Part shown: in pieces, positions 60,743-64,000 of the stretch
How positions within the stretch are numbered: position 1 is the first letter of the stretch
Layout: each line of letters starts with the position of its first letter
NCBI GenBank assembly: GCA_035326705.1
Contig: DAOLES010000003.1
Location: forward strand, 129,921 to 193,920
Direction: 5' to 3'
Length of the DNA: 64,000 bases
From: Oligoflexia bacterium
GTDB taxonomy: Bacteria; Bdellovibrionota_G; JALEGL01
The notes under the pieces: model-generated
The model's input: the letters and a program-made list of their open reading frames with translations, nothing else
Told to the model about the DNA's origin: nothing
The model's database searches: none
Made by a program: the position numbers and the translations under genes

Positions 60743-61147
60743 ATGAAGTATTTAATTATTGTATTCAATTTACTTTTAGGCAACTTAACGGGCATTTTTA
60801 TCAATGCATTTGATCTAAAAGCTTCTTTTATTTTTTCTATGGTCGCCACCGGATCCTTGTTTTTATGTTTAGATTTTTTACAAAAAAGATTCCAAACAGC
60901 GGGTTTAGGCACATCAATTATTTTAAGTATTCTAAATAGTCTTTTTATTGTTTACTTCTCTTTCTTAATCATGACGATTTCTCTTTCGGACATTTCAGTT
61001 CAAGATATTTTTAAATCTGTCGTTGCTAGTTTTTTATTCTCTTCAGCAGCAATCATCCCAGCTATTCCAATTACACTATTTAATATCTTTCTTTTTAGCC
61101 TTTTTATAAAAACACTTGGCAATCGCTCTTTGAACACAAAAAAATAA
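60743..61147 (+). CDS. Hypothetical small integral membrane protein
   Basis: 134 aa with 3-4 hydrophobic helices. Confidence 0.4.
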   Translation: MKYLIIVFNLLLGNLTGIFINAFDLKASFIFSMVATGSLFLCLDFLQKRFQTAGLGTSIILSILNSLFIVYFSFLIMTISLSDISVQDIFKSVVASFLFSSAAIIPAIPITLFNIFLFSLFIKTLGNRSLNTKK

Positions 61148-61152
61148 TTGGT

Positions 61153-63381
61153 TTAGAATTTTTTTAGTTCTCTCACTATGTCTTCTTCAGTTGGAAGAAC
61201 TAAGTTTGCTGCTGGGCCTAAAGGTATATAAGATTCTTGGGCTTCAATCACTTTGAGTTGAATAGTTTTAAATTCTTCTAATATAGCTCTGCTTAAGCTA
61301 TCTGCAACACCACCATTTTTTCTGCACTCATCAACAATCAAAATTTGCTCTACTTGCAATCGTTTGAGGTGTTTAAAAAGATGCTCTATAGGCAGTGGAT
61401 GTAGCCATCTTAAATCAATGACACTGACTTCTTTATGTTGTTCCTCTTTTAATTTTTTAGCGGCTCTTAAACTCATGTAATAGCCATTGGCATAACTGAT
61501 AATCACTGTTTTTGATTTTCCATGAACAGAGCACTCACCACATTCAATGGTTTCATTCACTTTGGGGTATTTAAAACTCCAAACTTCATCTTGATCTTCA
61601 TACAAATCTTTGGTCATATACAGAGCAATAGGCTCTAAAAAGAAAACTACTTTCCCACAATGCTTTGCTAGATGATAGCACGTACGTAACATTTTAACCG
61701 CGTCATCTCCACGCGATGGTGCAGCAATGATTACGCCCGGAACATCTCTCAAAGCCGCGATAGAATTATCATTATGAAAATGCCCACCAAAACCTTTTTG
61801 ATAAGCAAAAGATGCTATACGAATAAGCATAGGGTTGTGAAACTGCCCATTAGAAAAAAAGGTTGTTGATCCAGCCTCGCTACGAATCTGATCTTCAGCA
61901 TTATGGTAATAAGCGAGATACTGTATTTCTGGAATAGGTAAAAAGCCCATATGTGACATGCCAATGGCTAAGCCTAAGATTGACTGTTCATCTAGGACTG
62001 TATTAAACACACGTGCAGGGCCAAACTGTTCATACAAACCTTTGGTTACATGATATACCCCACCTTTTTTAGCGACATCCTCACCAAAAATCATTACGCT
62101 TGCATCCTTTTGCATGAGTTCTTTCAGTCCCAAAGAAATTAACATGGCCATGTGCCTAGGCTTTTCATTATTTTTATCCAGAACAACTTCCGTTGGTTTT
62201 TTATTTTCTTGTAACTGTAATCGTTTACAGTCAATGGTTTTTAAATCATGATTATAAACATTAGCTAGTGTTTGTGATGTTTCGATTTTTTTTAAACTTA
62301 AACACTGTTTACTTTTTTCAGTAATATCTTGATTGATTTGATAATAGGTTTGAAGAATCTCTTCCTTACTTACAATATCATGCTCAATCAATGTTTGAGC
62401 CCAAGCCAAAATTGGATCATTTTTTTCTTGCTGCAAAATTTCTTGCTCAGACAAATAGGCCGCTTGGATATCGCTGCCTGCATGTCCCATGAGGCGAGTA
62501 GTTTTTAAATGTAAAAAAACCGGTTTTTTATAATTTCTGCAATAATCAATAGCCATTTTAACCTGATGATAGGCATCTTCGATATGGTTGCCATCCGCAT
62601 AAAAATATTTTAAAGACTTAGTTTCTGCAAAGTTATTTTGAATCCAGTGCTGTGGTGTTTTAACTGAAATTCCAAGACCATTGTCTTCGCAAACAAATAA
62701 AACAGGCATGGGAAGTTTTTGATAGGCCGTCCATTTTGCCGTATTAATTGCACCCAGTGCAGTTGAATGATTGGCAGACGCATCACCAAAACTACAACAC
62801 ACAATACTTTCTTTATTCACACCTTCCAAGCATTCTTGACCTTTTAATTTTGCCAGGGCATAGGCTGCGCCTACTGCTTTGGGTAAATGTGAAGCAATCG
62901 TGCTGGTTTGTGGTAAAACATTCAGCTTAACGCTACCCCAAACTTTGTGTCGCCCCCCACTAACAGGTTCATCTTGCGCACAAACCAGAGACATCAATAC
63001 ATCTTTTGTATAATTTCTTTCTGGGTCAAAACGATAACGTCTGGCCATCAAAGCACCACTTCTATAATGTAAAAAGCATGGATCAGTTACTTTTAAGTGT
63101 TGCCCAAGTAAAACATTACTCTCATGGCCTGCGCTACTAATAGTATAATACGCTAAATTTTTTTTCTTTAAATCTCTTGCTGTATAATCCAAAGCTCTGG
63201 ACAACAATTGATCAAAAAACATATGTTTGAGCTCTTGTGCATGTTCAATAAAAAATGGGGTAGGTTTTTGAACTTGGTTTTTAATTTGATTTAAAAACTG
63301 AATAAATCCAAGTTCAATACTCTTTTGACGATCCAACTGCATTGAAAATATCCTAAACCACAGTTGAATGCTAAGCAACAA
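61153..63381 (-). CDS. TPP-dependent 2-oxoacid dehydrogenase E1 component, fused alpha/beta subunits
   Basis: 742 aa. The N-terminal half is E1-alpha-like and TPP-binding. The C-terminal half is a transketolase-like pyrimidine-binding and C-terminal domain, E1-beta-like. Confidence 0.65.
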   Translation of the reverse strand: MLLSIQLWFRIFSMQLDRQKSIELGFIQFLNQIKNQVQKPTPFFIEHAQELKHMFFDQLLSRALDYTARDLKKKNLAYYTISSAGHESNVLLGQHLKVTDPCFLHYRSGALMARRYRFDPERNYTKDVLMSLVCAQDEPVSGGRHKVWGSVKLNVLPQTSTIASHLPKAVGAAYALAKLKGQECLEGVNKESIVCCSFGDASANHSTALGAINTAKWTAYQKLPMPVLFVCEDNGLGISVKTPQHWIQNNFAETKSLKYFYADGNHIEDAYHQVKMAIDYCRNYKKPVFLHLKTTRLMGHAGSDIQAAYLSEQEILQQEKNDPILAWAQTLIEHDIVSKEEILQTYYQINQDITEKSKQCLSLKKIETSQTLANVYNHDLKTIDCKRLQLQENKKPTEVVLDKNNEKPRHMAMLISLGLKELMQKDASVMIFGEDVAKKGGVYHVTKGLYEQFGPARVFNTVLDEQSILGLAIGMSHMGFLPIPEIQYLAYYHNAEDQIRSEAGSTTFFSNGQFHNPMLIRIASFAYQKGFGGHFHNDNSIAALRDVPGVIIAAPSRGDDAVKMLRTCYHLAKHCGKVVFFLEPIALYMTKDLYEDQDEVWSFKYPKVNETIECGECSVHGKSKTVIISYANGYYMSLRAAKKLKEEQHKEVSVIDLRWLHPLPIEHLFKHLKRLQVEQILIVDECRKNGGVADSLSRAILEEFKTIQLKVIEAQESYIPLGPAANLVLPTEEDIVRELKKF

Positions 63382-63468
63382 AAAGATCTAAGAGGTTAAT
63401 CTATAGCGTTGCTCATTTTAATATTACTTTATGTCAAAATTAATAAAGATGAGGGCATTACAACAACC

Positions 63469-64000
63469 TTAAGCAAAAAAGCTTTTTAACTCATTTACTT
63501 TATCAGTTTTTTCCCACGTAAACCCCGCTTCATCTCTACCAAAATGACCATAGGTCGCAGTAGCACGAAAACGTGGGCTGGTTAAGTCTAAGGTTTCAAT
63601 GATACCTTTAGGTTTCAGTGGAAAAATTTCCCGAATCGCTTGTGGTAATTTCTCATCATCGATTTTAGCACTATCAAAGGTGTCTACCATAATGGATACT
63701 GGGTCAGCTACACCAATAGCGTAAGCCAATTGCACTTCACACTGATCTGCCAATTCAGCAGCAACAATATTCTTTGCAATATAACGGGCCATATAAGCTG
63801 CGCTACGATCAACTTTTGTTGCATCTTTACCTGAAAAAGCTCCGCCCCCGTGCCTTCCCCAACCGCCATAGGTATCCACTATAATTTTTCTGCCCGTCAA
63901 ACCACAATCACCTTTAGGTCCACCCAAAACAAAACGACCTGTTGGGTTAACCAATATTTTAGTTTTATCACTGATTAAATTTTCTGGCAGGAAAGGAAGA
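63469..64000 (-). CDS. metK: S-adenosylmethionine synthetase (3' portion; continues beyond window edge)
   Basis: The C-terminal MetK motifs are present ([27 protein letters not shown]...GGGAFSGKD). The frame stays open upstream of the listed start to position 64000, giving [20 protein letters not shown], which aligns to the E. coli MetK interior. Confidence 0.9.
   Translation of the reverse strand, partial: LPFLPENLISDKTKILVNPTGRFVLGGPKGDCGLTGRKIIVDTYGGWGRHGGGAFSGKDATKVDRSAAYMARYIAKNIVAAELADQCEVQLAYAIGVADPVSIMVDTFDSAKIDDEKLPQAIREIFPLKPKGIIETLDLTSPRFRATATYGHFGRDEAGFTWEKTDKVNELKSFFA

Overview
This is an AT-rich bacterial chromosomal window, about 64 kb, dominated by housekeeping operons. Identifiable loci, in order: purH; purD; a hemA-hemC-hemD operon preceded by a CcsA/HemX-like membrane gene; trxA; the complete cell-shape cluster mreB-mreC-mreD-mrdA(PBP2)-rodA; ppiD-like; gpmI; mglA-mglB (near-identical in motif content to the Myxococcus polarity GTPase pair); recR; dnaX with SRP RNA (ffs) just upstream; tRNA-Ser(GCU); alkB; a block of secreted hypotheticals; phnA-like; a Zn-ADH; a YgjP-like metallohydrolase; a deoxyhypusine-synthase-like gene; selO; pip; mgtC; umuDC; crcB; a degenerate-GGDEF/EAL protein; glpQ; trxB; a PilZ protein; a NUDIX hydrolase; polA; two tandem Cys-rich lipoprotein paralogs; two outer-membrane proteins; ahcY; efp; RNase P RNA (rnpB); rnhA; tRNA(CAU); the rpsU-dnaG-rpoD operon; a fused TPP-dependent E1 alpha/beta dehydrogenase; and the 3' part of metK. 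The low GC together with MglA/MglB suggests a Bdellovibrionota/Myxococcota-like lineage such as Bacteriovoracaceae; this is inference. I found no CRISPR array, integrase, transposase, reverse transcriptase or recognisable defence genes. The unusual things I could see directly are: (1) tRNA-Ser flanked by inverted tRNA-derived repeat fragments; (2) a 293-bp GC-rich noncoding element with inverted-repeat ends between convergent genes; (3) tandem Cys-rich lipoprotein paralogs; (4) glpQ bracketed by inverted copies of a 31-bp hairpin; (5) a gene translationally coupled to efp that carries a single in-frame TAG; (6) umuDC with an uncharacterised upstream gene and an N-terminally extended UmuD-like ORF.
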